From the NCBI GenBank assembly GCA_964247055.1, contig OZ176051.1, positions 7,874,001 to 7,938,000 of the forward strand: a DNA stretch of 64,000 nucleotides, given 5' to 3'. The stretch is from Paragordius varius. Taxonomy: Eukaryota > Animalia > Nematomorpha. Position 1 is the first letter of the stretch. Each line of letters starts with the position of its first letter. The notes beneath the pieces are model-generated. The model did not search any database. It had not been told where the DNA came from and saw nothing but the letters and a program-made list of their open reading frames with translations. Below are positions 10,522 through 24,704 of this stretch, piece by piece. Made by a program: the position numbers and the translations under genes.

Positions 10522-13500
10522 TTAATATTTTGTTTTAGTTGTAGGTGGGGCAGGTGAGAACAATGAAAGAGCTATTTCATCTCGGAAAAAGCGTTTAGTT
10601 TTAATCATTGGCAGTTTGTTGTCCATAGATTCGTTGGTTGTGAAAGGTTCCATTTTTTGATTGATACGTTGTTTTGTAGGTGTTATTGAATCTATTATAT
10701 ATGTATAAAATACATGCAATTTTGTTTTTACATATGATTTTTAATTTTTAGTTTCGTACACAGTAGAAATAATCTAAAAGATAAAACGTAAAAAGGCTAT
10801 TTTTTCTCAAAACAACTATATTTATTGAACTTTAACAGTACCTAATTGAATCTATTATATATGTAATATTATGCAATTTTGTTTTTACATATGATTATAT
10901 AATTTTTAGTTTCGTATACAGTAAAAATAATCTAAAAGACAAAGCGTGAAAAGACTATTTTCAGTTAACTATAATTATTGAACTTCGACAGTAGCTATCG
11001 TTTTGGGTTACAAAATAAAGGAAATAGAAATGTAAATTGGTAACATTCAATATTACACCTTAGGATAGATAAATAGCCTTTCTTGAAAAACTATAGCTTA
11101 GATATTGAATGTATATATATAAATTTACCTGGCGGTATGTTTAAAGGTATATTAAGCAATGATTGTTTGTTTTTGCGTGCAGACGCATTCAAAGTTTCTT
11201 CCAACATTTGGTTTATGAGTTGTCGATTATATGATTCTTTGAGTTCGTCCTCTTGTGAGTTATTATCATGATTATCATTGATATCAAATGTTTTATTTTC
11301 ATTATCGCTACTGACACTATTCCTATCACTTTGATTAACTGTTGGATCCATATTTTCCTAAAACAAAAATATAGATTAAATAATTCTAAAAATAATAAAT
11401 CATTAATCACAAAAACCACACCTGACTCAAACAAAAAGCACTAAACCACATAAAAGGAATTCGTAAAATTATTAATGAAATGGGTTAATTTTAAAATATC
11501 AAAAAAAACTTGACAACTAGTTAACGTATAGCATGGTTACTGACAAATAATTTTTGGTTTTAAAAATTGTAATTTTTATTGGTCCCTTAAAACTTTTGGG
11601 AAATAGAAATTTTTTCTTATTTTATTAGTGATGATCGATAACTTTTATTTGTTTAGAAATGTACATCATGCAAAGTAAAACATGGTATATTAAGCTTATA
11701 TTATTATATAATGGTGAGATGATAATAAGAGTTAGGAAAAACTCATAATTAATTAAATTTAAAATAGGAATTAAAAACCAATATTATATAAATTGTAAAA
11801 CTGGTACAACAAAGGCATTAAACTACCAATATGGGATATTAAATTTATTTACATTCATATTAAATGGCCAAAAATAAGTAAAAAAATTCCCCGAGACTGT
11901 AAATAACAAGTAAAACACATTTTTAATTATACCTTATTATCATCATTTAGAGAATTTTCGCTAGTTAATCTTTTAGTTGCCCTTCTTGGATTCTATACAC
12001 ACATGTATATACGTATATATTAAACACAATATTTATCATATATTTATTATTTATATACAATACAACATTAAATACAATTAAACAAATATTATATCTTGCT
12101 TTAAACAGGTTAAAATATATAAAATATACCTTTTTAACTCTAACGCCGATCGGTGTGAATAGGGGCATGGGTTGTGAAGAATCTTGATGTGCACTGACAT
12201 ACTAAAATAAATCATTTTAGCGTGCAAAAATTTATACAATGTTTTATCATTATATCAAAATATAATGATTACATCGTAATAAAAGTTTTTTTACCGCTTT
12301 GTATGTGGATGCCAATTGTTTCGTTTCTTCCAAATCTCTTTTGTACCAAACATTTAGCTCTTGACTTTCAGCCAATTGATTGCGCTTTTATGTTAAATTA
12401 TAAAAACATTTAAATCAAGGTGTCCCAAGGCAAATGTCTTCGTGAGCTGCTTTAAAATTTTTTGGTTTTTTTTATCCATTCTAAGCCCGATTTTAAATGA
12501 TATATTTTTTAATGAAATCCAATTTTTTATTTTTTTAACATTCTTTAGAGCACTTTTGCTTAACAAACAAAGCGTGTTGGACATTATTAATCGGAATATT
12601 TTCAAATCGAATTTATAACATAGAGAACTAATTTTTTTTATCTCTGGATTTGTACCAACTGGATTTAGTTTAAAAATAATTTATCATAGTTACGGTTCCT
12701 TTGTTTCGGTTAAATGGTATTCTCATCAATTTTATACAAAAGCCTAATTTTGATACTATATTTTCAATGTAAATATATACTTTTATAATGTTAAACTAAG
12801 GTTGTACTATTAATTAATTGTTAATATCAATTATTATAAGTTTTTTGGAATAATGGTTTAGGTTCTGTCCCTGTTATCAATTGCAAAATTTAGTGATAAA
12901 TTTATAGGTTAATCAAGATCTAATTTCCTTACCAATTCTGAAATTTCATTAGCTAAGGTATTCAAGGTTGTAATATCACAATTTTGTTGGTTTACGTCTT
13001 GTAAATCATTCGTTATGCTATTTTGACTTAGTGATTCTTTAAGACTTCCACTGCTGAGATTATTTTGACTGGATGATGTTACAATTACTTTGTTAGTTTG
13101 TTTCAATATTAAATTGATCTGTTAACATATGTTTAGGTAGATTATTTAATGGAAATTTTAATAGATTCATATTTTAGACATAGAATATATTCAATCATTA
13201 TGAGAGTATTTGCTCCAAAAGGTGTTGTTAAATTATACAATATTTTTAAATCATCTGTTTATTGCATGAAAAATATTTTAGCCCAATTAAGCGAAATGAC
13301 AGGGCACACCTATTAGTGTGTAAAAATTAAAATAAAACGTCAGCTTTGTCACGTAAAATAAAAATATAAAAAATTTTAAACATTCCATTCATTTAAATAA
13401 CCTTTTCCTCGTTAGTTTTAATTAGGGATTCGATGGTTTTATCCTTTTCCTCATTGATGTATTTAATTTTTTCTTCCAATTCTTGAGTTTGCCATTCTTC

Positions 13501-16500
13501 TTGTAGTAACTGAACGATTCGTTCTGTCCATGCCTTTTAATGAAATTTAAAAAGTGTTTTAAAAGTATATATAACGACAAGTAAAAGTCAAAGTATTTAA
13601 GTTTAGATTGAAAAAAAACAGTGATTTTTGAAGGTATTATAACCTAATTAGCGGTGTTTAATATGGAGAAAAGAGTATCATCTACATAAAATTACTACTC
13701 TAAACACACTGTTTTGATCCCAAAAAAGATATGATTTATCCAGGAATTAACAGTTTTTTTATAGGTCTATATCGAAAACTAGCTTTACTTTCAGATTTAA
13801 TGTCCTATCTTTTCAAATTTATCAAGCTAATAATCACAATGTCCATATTAAAATAATCATGCGCATAAATTTAACCTTATACATCCATTCAAAAATTTTG
13901 GCAAGATTGTTTAATACGGAGTTTAACGTTTCTTTAGATGTTTCTGGTGATGTAATTATTTGTAACATTTCCTCCCAAGGTTTTGAACCAAAGCGGAAAA
14001 CGTATTCGTCAAACGCATTAACTAAAAAATTAATAAAATATTTGTAAATATTGGGGAAAGGATCAAACTAAATTATTATATAGTTTTGAGTCCTTAAAAA
14101 TTGCTTAACCGGTTTTGGTTCCGATTATTAATTTAATACTTAAGGCGTACTACTTTTATTGGGAAATTTGAATCCACATATATTTCTTAGAAAAATCAGA
14201 TTTCAAACGAAAAGTTTCTCAAAGTTTTGGATGCCGGTGCTTTTTAAATAATAAAATTTATCCGGATTTTATGATTTAAAATTGTTGTAATTTTGGTTAT
14301 CCGAATAAAGATATATCCATATTTTTTTAAAGAATACGATCGAAAGCCTCTACAACATATAAGCCTTAAAAATTCCAATAATAATATGCTATACAAAAAT
14401 TAACATTGCTAATCACTATTATAAAGTTAAATAAAAATTGACGTTGGGATGCTTCCAATATCAATGGCAATTGTTTAAAAAAAGTCAAGATGATTCTGGT
14501 TTCAATTCCTATATAAAATGTTTAATCATTTTCGAAAAAACAATTATACGGTTGATATTAAATTACCTTAAAATAAAAAACCTAAATTAAATGTAAAAGA
14601 AAATTTACATGTTAATCCAGAAACTTTATAATGCTTATAATCTTTATCACTTTCCGTGATTAATTCTTTGAAAATTTCTATTTTTTGTTGCAACGTTTGG
14701 ATGGAGTTTTTTAAGGAATCGCAATTATCATTTAATTTTTCATCGGAGGCTTGGCTGTACATTTGATCCAAATTTGTTTGTAATTGTGTTAAATGATCTT
14801 TAGCAGTCTAGTTACAACAAATATTTTAAAAATATTGAATATATAAAACGTTAAATTTATGAAATATTTTGCGTTTTAGCCATAAGCTATGCCTATATAA
14901 CTAATTATAATTTGAAATTTTTTTATTTGATATCAAAGTTTATATATTTGTTTGAAAAAAGATACATTATTTTTCAAACAAATTATCATTTAATTTTTCA
15001 TTGTTAAGTTTGTGTTTAAGTAACTATAAATTAAGTTATATACCCCCAAAAAGGTGATTATTGGAATCGAATAGCAAAATTTAAGTTTACCCGAATCAAG
15101 ATGCATCAGAATATCTTATTATAATGCATAGCATTTCCTCACTACCATTCGATTTTAATTAAACAACTAATTTGCGCTTATTTATTTAATAAAATATTCC
15201 AAACCATGATTTATTCTAGAATTAACGAACTCAATTTAATATATTTAACAAATATAATAAAGAAAATAATCTATTTCAGCCATACATCAAAAAACTTACC
15301 GCATAAAGGGGCCGAATTTAAAGAGTTGAAAAACCTAAACTTAATATAGTATTTTAAAATGTAAACGTATTTACAACAACACTATCTAGCTAATATCAAA
15401 TCACATTTGCAAACCTTGGAATCCGATCCTATGGAAAGTTACAAGAAAATGGTGGAATTAAATTTTTATTAATATAAATTATAATATATGGAATAATCTA
15501 TACTTTTATCATTAGTTGTAAATCAAAAAACCGATTCCACAATATATTTCTTTATAAATATTATTCAATTATTAAACATTTATAAATTTTTATGGACAAA
15601 TTCCCTTTTACAAACTTAAAAAACTCACTCTAAAACGTTAAAGCTAAAAATTATACCTGTATACAAACGATAGATTCCAATTCCTCTAACATATCTATAG
15701 CATTTGACAGGCCATCAGTATTTTCATCGATCCCAGTATTCTTTTGATTCTTTTCAATCATAATAGTTGTGTTTTCATTATTTTGAGTGTTGTTATTATA
15801 TTTCATTTTTTTAGGGACATTCAAGGTATTATCATTGAAAAGTGACGTGGTATTAGATAAGGTACCATTCATTTGCTGTGCATTTTTAATCAGTAGCGTT
15901 GTATTATTATTTATATTTGTGATATTATTTGTGTTGGTGGTGGAATTCAAACTATTTTTATTCTTTTGTCTGGCTAAAATGTCTTTGAGTCGTTTATTAG
16001 TTGCTATAATTTCTTCATTCTTACGTTTCAAAACCATCTAAATAAATAAATAAATCGTATGAAATAATTTAGATCAGGGGGACATTTAACAACGCAATTC
16101 TCCGATCCATTATGTATGGCCGGGCGAAAAAGTTAAACCCCATAAGATGAAAGCCTCAATCTTAGTAAAATTGTACATATCTTGCAACGAACTATAAAGT
16201 TTTTTTTACTTTATACTTTAAATTTTAGTTTATATTTTAATTTTATTTTTTCCGTTTGACAAAGATTTCTAGTATTAATCGAAAATTCACAATAAATTCA
16301 TATAATTTTAGCTGAATTATATCTTGCAACAAACTATAAAGTATTATTATAATGTGTTTGCATTTTTAATAGTACAAGTGTCCATATATTTTCGAATGCG
16401 ACGGCAGGGTTTTTGAGTCAAAAATGCTGCCCAACATTATCCAGAGTTTCCATTAGTATTCTTTTGTTTTGATTTTTTACGATTAATAGTAGGAAAAAAA

Positions 16501-19500
16501 TTATGTTTTAAATGAATACGATTATTTCTGAAATTATTCCAACTTATATACAACATAGGCATCATTTATCGATTAAGCTCAAATTTACGACCCAAAATAC
16601 TATTTTGAATATACATAAATTTTTTTGGGTTTAACTATCCGTTTTAAAAAATATATATTACCTGTTGTAATTTCAACATTTCCTCCTTTTGTGAGTATTG
16701 GATTTCACGTTTTCTTAAATCATTTTTAAAGCGTAAGGCATCCTTTTCTCTAGCAGCATTCAATTTCCTATTCTTTTCAGCTTCGTCGCGTATTTGACGA
16801 AGTAAGCGTACACGATTTTCTTTTAATTCCTATAGTGTGGACATGTATAAAACTATGAAATAAACTATGGCTTTGCAATAAAATTATGGTTAATCTAACA
16901 ATAAAATACGAATTTAGGCTTAAGATTATAAATTTTGGATGTGTGCCGATTAATTTGGGAAACAAAGTAATTTACAAGCAAATTTTTAGCATAGAGAATG
17001 CCAATGAAATAATTATAAAACTAAAAGAAAAATAAAAAGAATGAAATATTTTCGGTAAATACCTGTACATCTTTTTTCAATTTTTCAATGATGGCTTTAT
17101 TTTGATCCTTCAATTTTACCAATTTATCATGTTCGGCAATCTTTCTATTCATAGCGGAAATTTTGGTCTCCAGTTCTTGTAATCGTTTCCTTCGTTTTTC
17201 ACTAATATCACTTTTGATGGTTCGATTTTTTTGGGCCTCTCTGAGTGCCGATAACAAACCTTCTTTTTCTTTTTCCCATTCTTCTACTTCATGCTAAAAA
17301 ATATTGCAATCGAAATATTTTGGGTCACTTAAAAATATATACAGAAGCCGCCACTTAAGGATCCTGATTGTGAAAAATAGCGTTGCATATTATTCAGTAT
17401 CATCACCCCCTTTTCTAAAATTTTTACGTTTAACACAATCTGCTAAAAAAATTAAAATTATTGAAGAGATATAGAAAATCCTGGCCTTATTGAAGATCCG
17501 AAATTAGTTTAGAAAGAGCACGCAACAATTATTAACGGTTTTATCCAACAAACGTTTTTTAAAAATCGAAAAAATGCATGATAAAAATGAACTGGTTAAT
17601 TTATGGGCGCGATTCATTCAAAAAGGTTTATCAAGACATGATCATACGAATGAAGGGGGAGGGGAATAGTCTGCTGTAATACCCCTAACAATTTACTGTC
17701 ACACAATCTATTCGAGATGTAATTTCATCATTCACAGCCATAACCAATTAAAAGGTGGCACAAACGTAAATAAATCTTTTAACTACAGTGAAAAGTCTCT
17801 ATAATCTTCCTTATCAAGTCCTAATTTTTTACTTATAATCGCTTATATGTATTTTCCCACAATCGGGGTCATTGGGGGTACAGTGTAATGGAAAAAAATA
17901 ATCATATTGGGTTGAACAATATTAAAAATATATAATCCATAATAATTAATTAAACGTATACATTAATATATCCTGCCATATTTTTTTAACAAAAATAATT
18001 AAAATATTTAGTCTGGTTAAATTTTAAAAGCAATCACGAATGCCTTTATAACAGACACCCTGAATGTAATGTAAATATTATCTACCCATTATTTATATTT
18101 AACAAGCATAAGATAAGCATTATGAATACCTCAAATTTCTCTTTAAGTGCAACGATTTCCGTTTCATTACTAAGCATTTGTTGAATGAGATTTTCTTTTT
18201 CTGATATGGCTTGGCTCAAACTTTTAACCTCAGAACTAAGTTCTTCATTATTTTCGCCGTCCAAACTCGAATTATGAGTTATGCCATCGTTTTCTCCATT
18301 ATTATTAGATGTATTAGGGTTGTATGATGCCTGATTATTATTATTATTAATTGATTGGTTAATATTGGTGGTTGTTTTATTGCTATCCCCTTTTTCGCAG
18401 ATGGTAACTTCCAGAGGTTTGGGTGTTTTACGATACATGGCCAACTCTTTTTCCAATTGCAAAATCTAAAAAGCACATTTAAAGAAATTTACTAAAAGGA
18501 AATATTAGAAAATGTGTAATGGTAAGGATAAATGTTTCATAGTTGATTAAGGGTCATAATAGCATAAGAATGAAGTTACATTACGCAAACGATTATTTTA
18601 TATGTAGAAACGTATTTTATAATAGGTAAATTCCTTTACCACGAATTTATTTACAAGTAAATTATTGATTCCGCTATCAGCAAGGTTTGGAATAAATAAT
18701 ATTTGTGTTTGGTATTTTGCAAAATCACAAATTAAGACAACTCTACTACTAAAGGGGCATTTATAAATGAATGAAATATATCTAGGATTGTAACAGTCTA
18801 ACACATTTTTCAAAAAAAATTATTTCAAATCCAGCGTTTTACATTTGTCGAAACAAATTATAATATATAAAAAGGAACTTTTTTTGAAAATAAAGAATTT
18901 CATTCCACAAATGAAGCCACAACATATTTAGAATGGTCAAAAACCTTAGCATTTAGCCTTGCAATTTCAGCCTGGACAGGGTCAATATTAACTATCGGTT
19001 TATTTTTTATGCGTCTCGCTCGATCGGCATACCGTAGCGTATTGAGAGTTTCTTCACAATTATACATGCTGGGACTGATGCAAGCAATCATAACTGTATG
19101 ACTATTACCACCCAATGAATCTATATTTTGGTCATAATATTAATAAACAGTGATATAAAATATATAAAAAAAATTAAAACACCATTTTAACATTATTGTT
19201 TTCATTTATTTATGAGATTAAAATATTTGATTCATCAATTATTTTTGTCTATAAAAAATCATCCCTTTAACTAGTTAATATTATTAATATTATATATTCT
19301 ATAGTAAAATATAACCAATAATCTATATATATTAAGATTTTATTGATTAAAAATTATTTTAATTAACCTTGTAAAATACGAGTTAATTTGGAGTCTCGAT
19401 ATGGAATGAATGCTGTGTTATTAGTGTCATCGGATAAAGCTTTAATCACATTCCCCAGCGCTAAGAGTCCCAAATTTATATTAACACCTAAAAATATATG

Positions 19501-20798
19501 TGTAGTATAACATTAAAAATATCTTTAAAAAATGCGCACCCTAAGCAAATTTAACAAATATTCTTGTATTTATCTATATAATAAATGTTTAAATCACAAA
19601 CAAAACGTACTAAAAGATAAATATATTTTGATATTCAAAAAATATAACTCACCGTTTTCGGTGGTAAAATAAATAAAGATGTAAATTATTAATGCCTTTA
19701 TTTTTCTAAATTAAAATTTATGAGTTTATTCATCAAAATCAAAAAAGAATGGTTGTCCTTTATTTTTATAATTTATAATTTTAATTGTGGATCTATAGTT
19801 ATTAAAGTAATTTAAAACATTAATTATAACCAAAATTTTGCAATATTTTATGCAAAAAAGTTAAAACAAACCCTCTTTAAATCGTTCGCCTTCCGCTTGT
19901 GTCTTTTTTGCACGTTCAGAACCGGCCAAATCAACAAAATGAATTTTACTTCGAGTTAATGGACTGGTTTCTTCACTATTTGTGAGAGATAGCGATAAAT
20001 TTAATTATTCCAAATAAAATCTTCTTTTATCATTGAAAAGCTTTAAATTATTCATATGTAGAAAATGTTTTGAACAATTTAAATTCACCTGAAACAATTC
20101 AAATTCCCCCTTGAACAATTCAAATTCAGCCTAAAAAATATACATTCGGGGTTATTTAACTTATCAATAATATGAAATATAATCTTATGGGATATATTAT
20201 TTTAATTTTAAACAAAATTGTATTTTTTAATATAAAAAATATAAGTATTTTTTATCTTTAAAAACGCTTAATTTATTTTAGGGTGAAATTAAATTGTTCA
20301 AGGGTGAATTTGAAGTTAAATGGAGTCTGTGAATTAAATCCTTAGTGAAATTGCATAGAATATGAATACAGGTAGATTTTTTAATCGCCACATAATTTAA
20401 ATCATATAGCCAAGGTGATTTCAATATAAATAAACCGGTTTAATTATAGATAACAATTTACTCATTTAACATAAGAAAAGTCAATAAATAAGAAAATAGA
20501 TCGATTTGTTTCTTAAACATTAGAATCTTTCAAAACCTCCCCTCAAAACAGTTTGTACAGATAATATTTTATGCCACTTAAAGGCAATATTTTTTAATAA
20601 TTACAGTATTAATTTTTTAAAATATAGGTAAATTACTCCCAATTTTCCAATAGTAACGGTAAAAATAAATTATGTAACTAACTATCAAAAACCCATATAT
20701 AATAGGACTCTACTTTATCCAATTAATCCCCATCTTTTCAAAATAGAATTAATAATAATTTATTCCTTTCATATCAATCTTACTTTACATATATATAA

Positions 20799-20832
<34 letters not shown>

Positions 20833-23025
20833 ATATAAGAGGTTTGGAAATCAGTTAAATATTCCTCAAAAAATAAATATTTACTCACCCACAATATTTT
20901 TCGATAGTTACGGTGAAAATAGCATGTGATCGACTTGAAGTTGAGTTCATTGCTGTGCGTGCCGTGGACCGACAAGCCGAACCAAGTTGCAAAAAATGTA
21001 ATGTTTCACTCAAATTGGCTACATTTTCTTCCCTAGCTCCCATTAACTGAAAAATTTATGAAATAATAAAACATTAACTTTCTAAAACTTGGTATTAAGT
21101 CGAATGAATTAAAATGTTTTCGTAAAATTTTGCAAAAAAACGGCAATATAAGAGTAAAACAAATAAATGAAAGTAAAAACTTAAAGTATGGTAAGAATTA
21201 TTGAATAAGAAGAAATTTAGGCAATTGATGATGGTTTAATGTAGTTTTGTACGCTTGATAGTATGCTTTTTTACAGTTATTAAAAAATAATATCTGAATA
21301 AATTTATTTTTACTATTCATTATTTATATTTTACCGCAAAGTAATACCTTGATCCCACCAGTATTTGGATCCTCCCTAATATACACATTATTATCATTGC
21401 CGTTAGGGTGAGAGCTTGTGGCTGGATTTAGCAAATCAATTATATCTTCTTTGTAAATTTCGATAAACGAAACGGAAAATTTGAAGTTTATGGAGCTGAT
21501 GATATTGTTGGAATGTGTCTGAGGAGATGTATCAGTTTGAGATGGTAGTAAGGATTTCCGATTTTTTACAGTTTTAGCTAGGATAAATGCGCAAAGTATA
21601 TGTCATACAAATGTGCATTATTTTGATAAATTGAAAATATTTAGGACAATAATAATATCCTGTTGGTTTTTTACCATTTGTCTTTACTTAGCTTTCGGGC
21701 AATTTTTTATAATTAGCCAGAAATAAACTCATCCAATGATGGTAATTGTAAATATAAGATAGATGAAACTAATATCGTATATTAGGTAGCTATGATTGAT
21801 GATTTAAAACCAATTTATAGTTATGTTTATTTTTGAGAAACAAATAGATAAAAAGGGGTGCATATACCAAAAAATGGGATGGTAGTAAATTTTAGGAATC
21901 GCATCAATCATAAATAACTTAAGTCCAAACTTTAACATTTGTTTCTTAATCAAATAACGTTATACTAAGACAATGTTGTGATGAAATTTTCCAGACACGC
22001 TTTATTATACCATCTCCCTATACTTCCTAATTGGAATGCTATATAAATATTAACAGTTAACATTATTTTGTTTCTTGTTATGAATAGCACCGTAAATATT
22101 TCTATTTATAAAAAAAGGTTTGATAATTATCTCTCTGAAGATTAATGTAAGAATCTTTCAATCATTATAATCAATTTTCAATTTGAGAATAAAGTCGTTT
22201 TTTACTTATTTGTCCCTCTAAAATAAATATCCACCTAAGAAATATAGCAAAAGCAAAAGTTTTATCTTAGGTAAATTAAAGTTGATAGAGAATGTTTTAA
22301 ATTAATTAGCTTATCAAATAATATTATTAACTAAATAAAGTTGCTACGTAATATAATTATCCTACCTTTAGCCATTTGAAAGAGATGATCAACGGTTTTA
22401 GGCAAAACCCCTATATCATCAAGTAAAGCTTCAGTTACAGATTTCCTCCGAGAAGAGGCGTTATTATTATTATTGGATTTATTTGAAGGTAAAACTGATG
22501 GAGAAGAAATCTCTTTATTATCACACACGCGATTGTTCATGGCAGCGTTTGAAGAGACGATAAAATTTGAAGCGGTTCCCATGGTATAAGTTTTTCCCGA
22601 ACCGGTTTGTCCATATGCCATGACAGTTACGTTATAACCTAATTATTGTGCGCAAAAAAGGAACCGATTTATAAAGATTTTAAATAAAATTAAAGAATGA
22701 AAAATTTGTTATATTAATTAAATACTAATCACGCTTAAAAATACAATTGATTTGCAATAGTTTGCTAAAATATTAAATTACCCTCAAATAGTTGTCCTAA
22801 AAGAGGTTTGACACACATTTCAAACACTTGATTTTGTGTGGAATTTGGACCAAAAAGATAATCATAGGTAAAAGCCTTTTCATTATTTAATATTATCTAA
22901 AAATATTTATGAATATAAGGTACCTGTTTCTCCTTTGAAAAAATTTTAACGCACTCCTCTTTATCTTCTTTGGCATTTAGTGGTCTGCATCTGACAGCAA
23001 CTTTAATAGAGACTTTATCACTCAT
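10522..23025 (-). CDS. KIF4: Kinesin-4 / KIF4-like chromokinesin, 21 exons, ~1225 aa
   Basis: Exons (minus): 23025-22924, 22896-22782, 22638-22366, 21577-21348, 21046-20889, 19975-19872, 19487-19368, 19120-18945, 18465-18130, 17293-17063, 16829-16662, 16037-15657, 14807-14609, 14021-13876, 13533-13402, 13118-12933, 12384-12295, 12201-12130, 11992-11933, 11357-11129, 10691-10522. All are GT-AG and phase-consistent. Motor motifs [48 protein letters not shown] and LRYADRA; KIF4 stalk motif [11 protein letters not shown]. Stalk and tail exon boundaries are less certain. Confidence 0.92.
10687..10990. repeat. Local ~160 bp tandem duplication covering the last KIF4 splice acceptor
   Basis: 'ttgaatctattatatatgta..atgcaattttgtttttacatatgatt..aatttttagtttcgta.acagta.aaataatctaaaaga.aaa.cgt.aaa' at ~10687-10830 and ~10846-10985. 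Confidence 0.85.
20070..20318. mobile_element. Foldback-like non-autonomous element (family C); TIRs built from ~20 bp tandem units
   Basis: Left arm of (ttgaacaattcaaattcaccc)-like units, right arm its reverse complement (aaattgttcaagggtgaatttgaa), AT-rich core. Homologous copy at 44671-44945. Confidence 0.75.
20791..20832. repeat. (TA)n/(TG)n microsatellite
   Basis: Direct reading; similar tracts at 32376-32406, 35244-35309, 51227-51252 and 61327-61362. Confidence 0.9.
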
Positions 23026-23149
23026 TATTATGGCTTTAGATTTTAAAGTTGTCGGCAAATAATCATATGTTTTAATCTTATAATGGAATTCCGTTTGAGC
23101 AAGATTTGTGGTACAGCTTATAATCTATGTCTATGCAGTTGATCCGGTT

Positions 23150-24560
23150 TACTGTTTAACACTTGGATACAACGCACTCATTTTAGTCCTTCGATTTAAA
23201 TTGGAGTTGGATACCCCAGGCTTGTTTAAAATCAAACACTTTAAAAAGTATGGAAGGATTCGAAAACATGGCAAAATTTTGCACTTATACAACATTAATG
23301 AACCAAAATATATAAAAAAATTTATTCGAAAATACTTGATATTATTTATTTTAAGCTAAAACCGAAAGGTAAAAATTTCGTCAACGTGACATGTGTGAAA
23401 TGGCAAAATTAAAAAATAATACAAAATAAACCGCTTTTTCTATTTCTATCAATGTTAGGTATAATTTAAATAAAAAATTAACTAAAATTTTACTCTTAAA
23501 ATTAAATTAAGACCATATTTTGCAAAAATTTTGTAAAATAAAAATGGCGCCGAAGTAGTTTGACATGGAACTTTTTTTTCAAAACAAAATTTTTTTAAGA
23601 TATTTTGGCATATTTATATAATTTATATTAGGATCGAAGCATAAATTAAAATTGGGACCGTTTTCATCAGTAGTGTTTTCAAAATATTAATTTAAATTTA
23701 GTCTGGGGTATTTAGATACCCCAATTTGAATCGAAGTGTTAGGTGCCTTTTTTGTTATGCCTATTTTTCACAAAACGGGGTATCAGAATTTGATTAAAAA
23801 TGGTTTTAATAACTCTTAATGACTTATAAATATAATTAGCACCTTTGTGGTAAGTCCTCCATATCTAAAAATTGTAAAATTTACGTATATTTTTTTAAAT
23901 AATTTTTTTTGGGGAACAAAATGATTTATTACAAAAATATCATGAAAATATACAACTACTACCTAATAAGGTAAAGTTTCTTTAAATTTTATTTATTGCA
24001 TCCATGATATACGAAATTTTTAATCCAGACGAATCTTTAACTCTTCAATTTAAATTGGGGTATCTAAAGGCCAAATAAAATTAAAAAAATACTGTAGGTA
24101 ACGGTTCTAATATTTTATATTCTATCTTAATTAGAATTATATAAATAAATCAAAAAAATTAAATATAATTTAGTGAACAAAAATCTCCATATTCAAAACT
24201 GCTTTGACCCCATATCATACATTTTCGCAAAATATTGTGATTTTTCATTTTAATGCTAAAATTAAATATTAATTTTTTATTAATATTACTGTAAGAGTTG
24301 AAATAAATAAGGGTTTTTTGCATTATTTTTATTAGCTAATGAAATATGTCATGTTGGCTAAATTTTATCATTCGAGTTTATCGCTAAAAGTAATATCAAG
24401 TTATATTTTTTTATTTCAGTGCATAAATTCTAATAAATGCAAACTTTTGCGATGATTTCCTTCCATAATTTAAAAATATTTGATAAACAAGCCTGGGGTC
24501 CCCAACGACCGGCTTTTGAATCGGAGGACGGAAATTAATGTGTTGTATCCAAGTGTTAAA
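23150..24560. mobile_element. ~1.4 kb imperfect palindrome (foldback) built from family B modules
   Basis: Order: B2(rev, 23150-23232), B1(rev, ~23430-23662), inner IR pair (tttagataccccaatttgaatcgaag ~23711-23736 / cttcaatttaaattggggtatctaaa ~24043-24068), B1(fwd, 24105-), B2(fwd, 24491-24560). Confidence 0.7.
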
Positions 24561-24704
24561 TTAAATTCCTAAGCGATAATGTTCAGCATCATCGAATATA
24601 AAGTAAAAAGTGCTTTTATAATACCTCAAAGCGTTTTTATACCGTTTTCATCATGGCTTAATATAGTCTGGAGTATGCTTCAAGAAAATTTCTTAATTAT
24701 ATAA

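Noticed and set aside
23108-23359. 83 aa ORF, and a possible MEFRLSKIC|VDPVY gene with a 28-nt intron upstream of KIF4
   Set aside because: Most of it is the reverse complement of repeat module B2; no recognisable protein.
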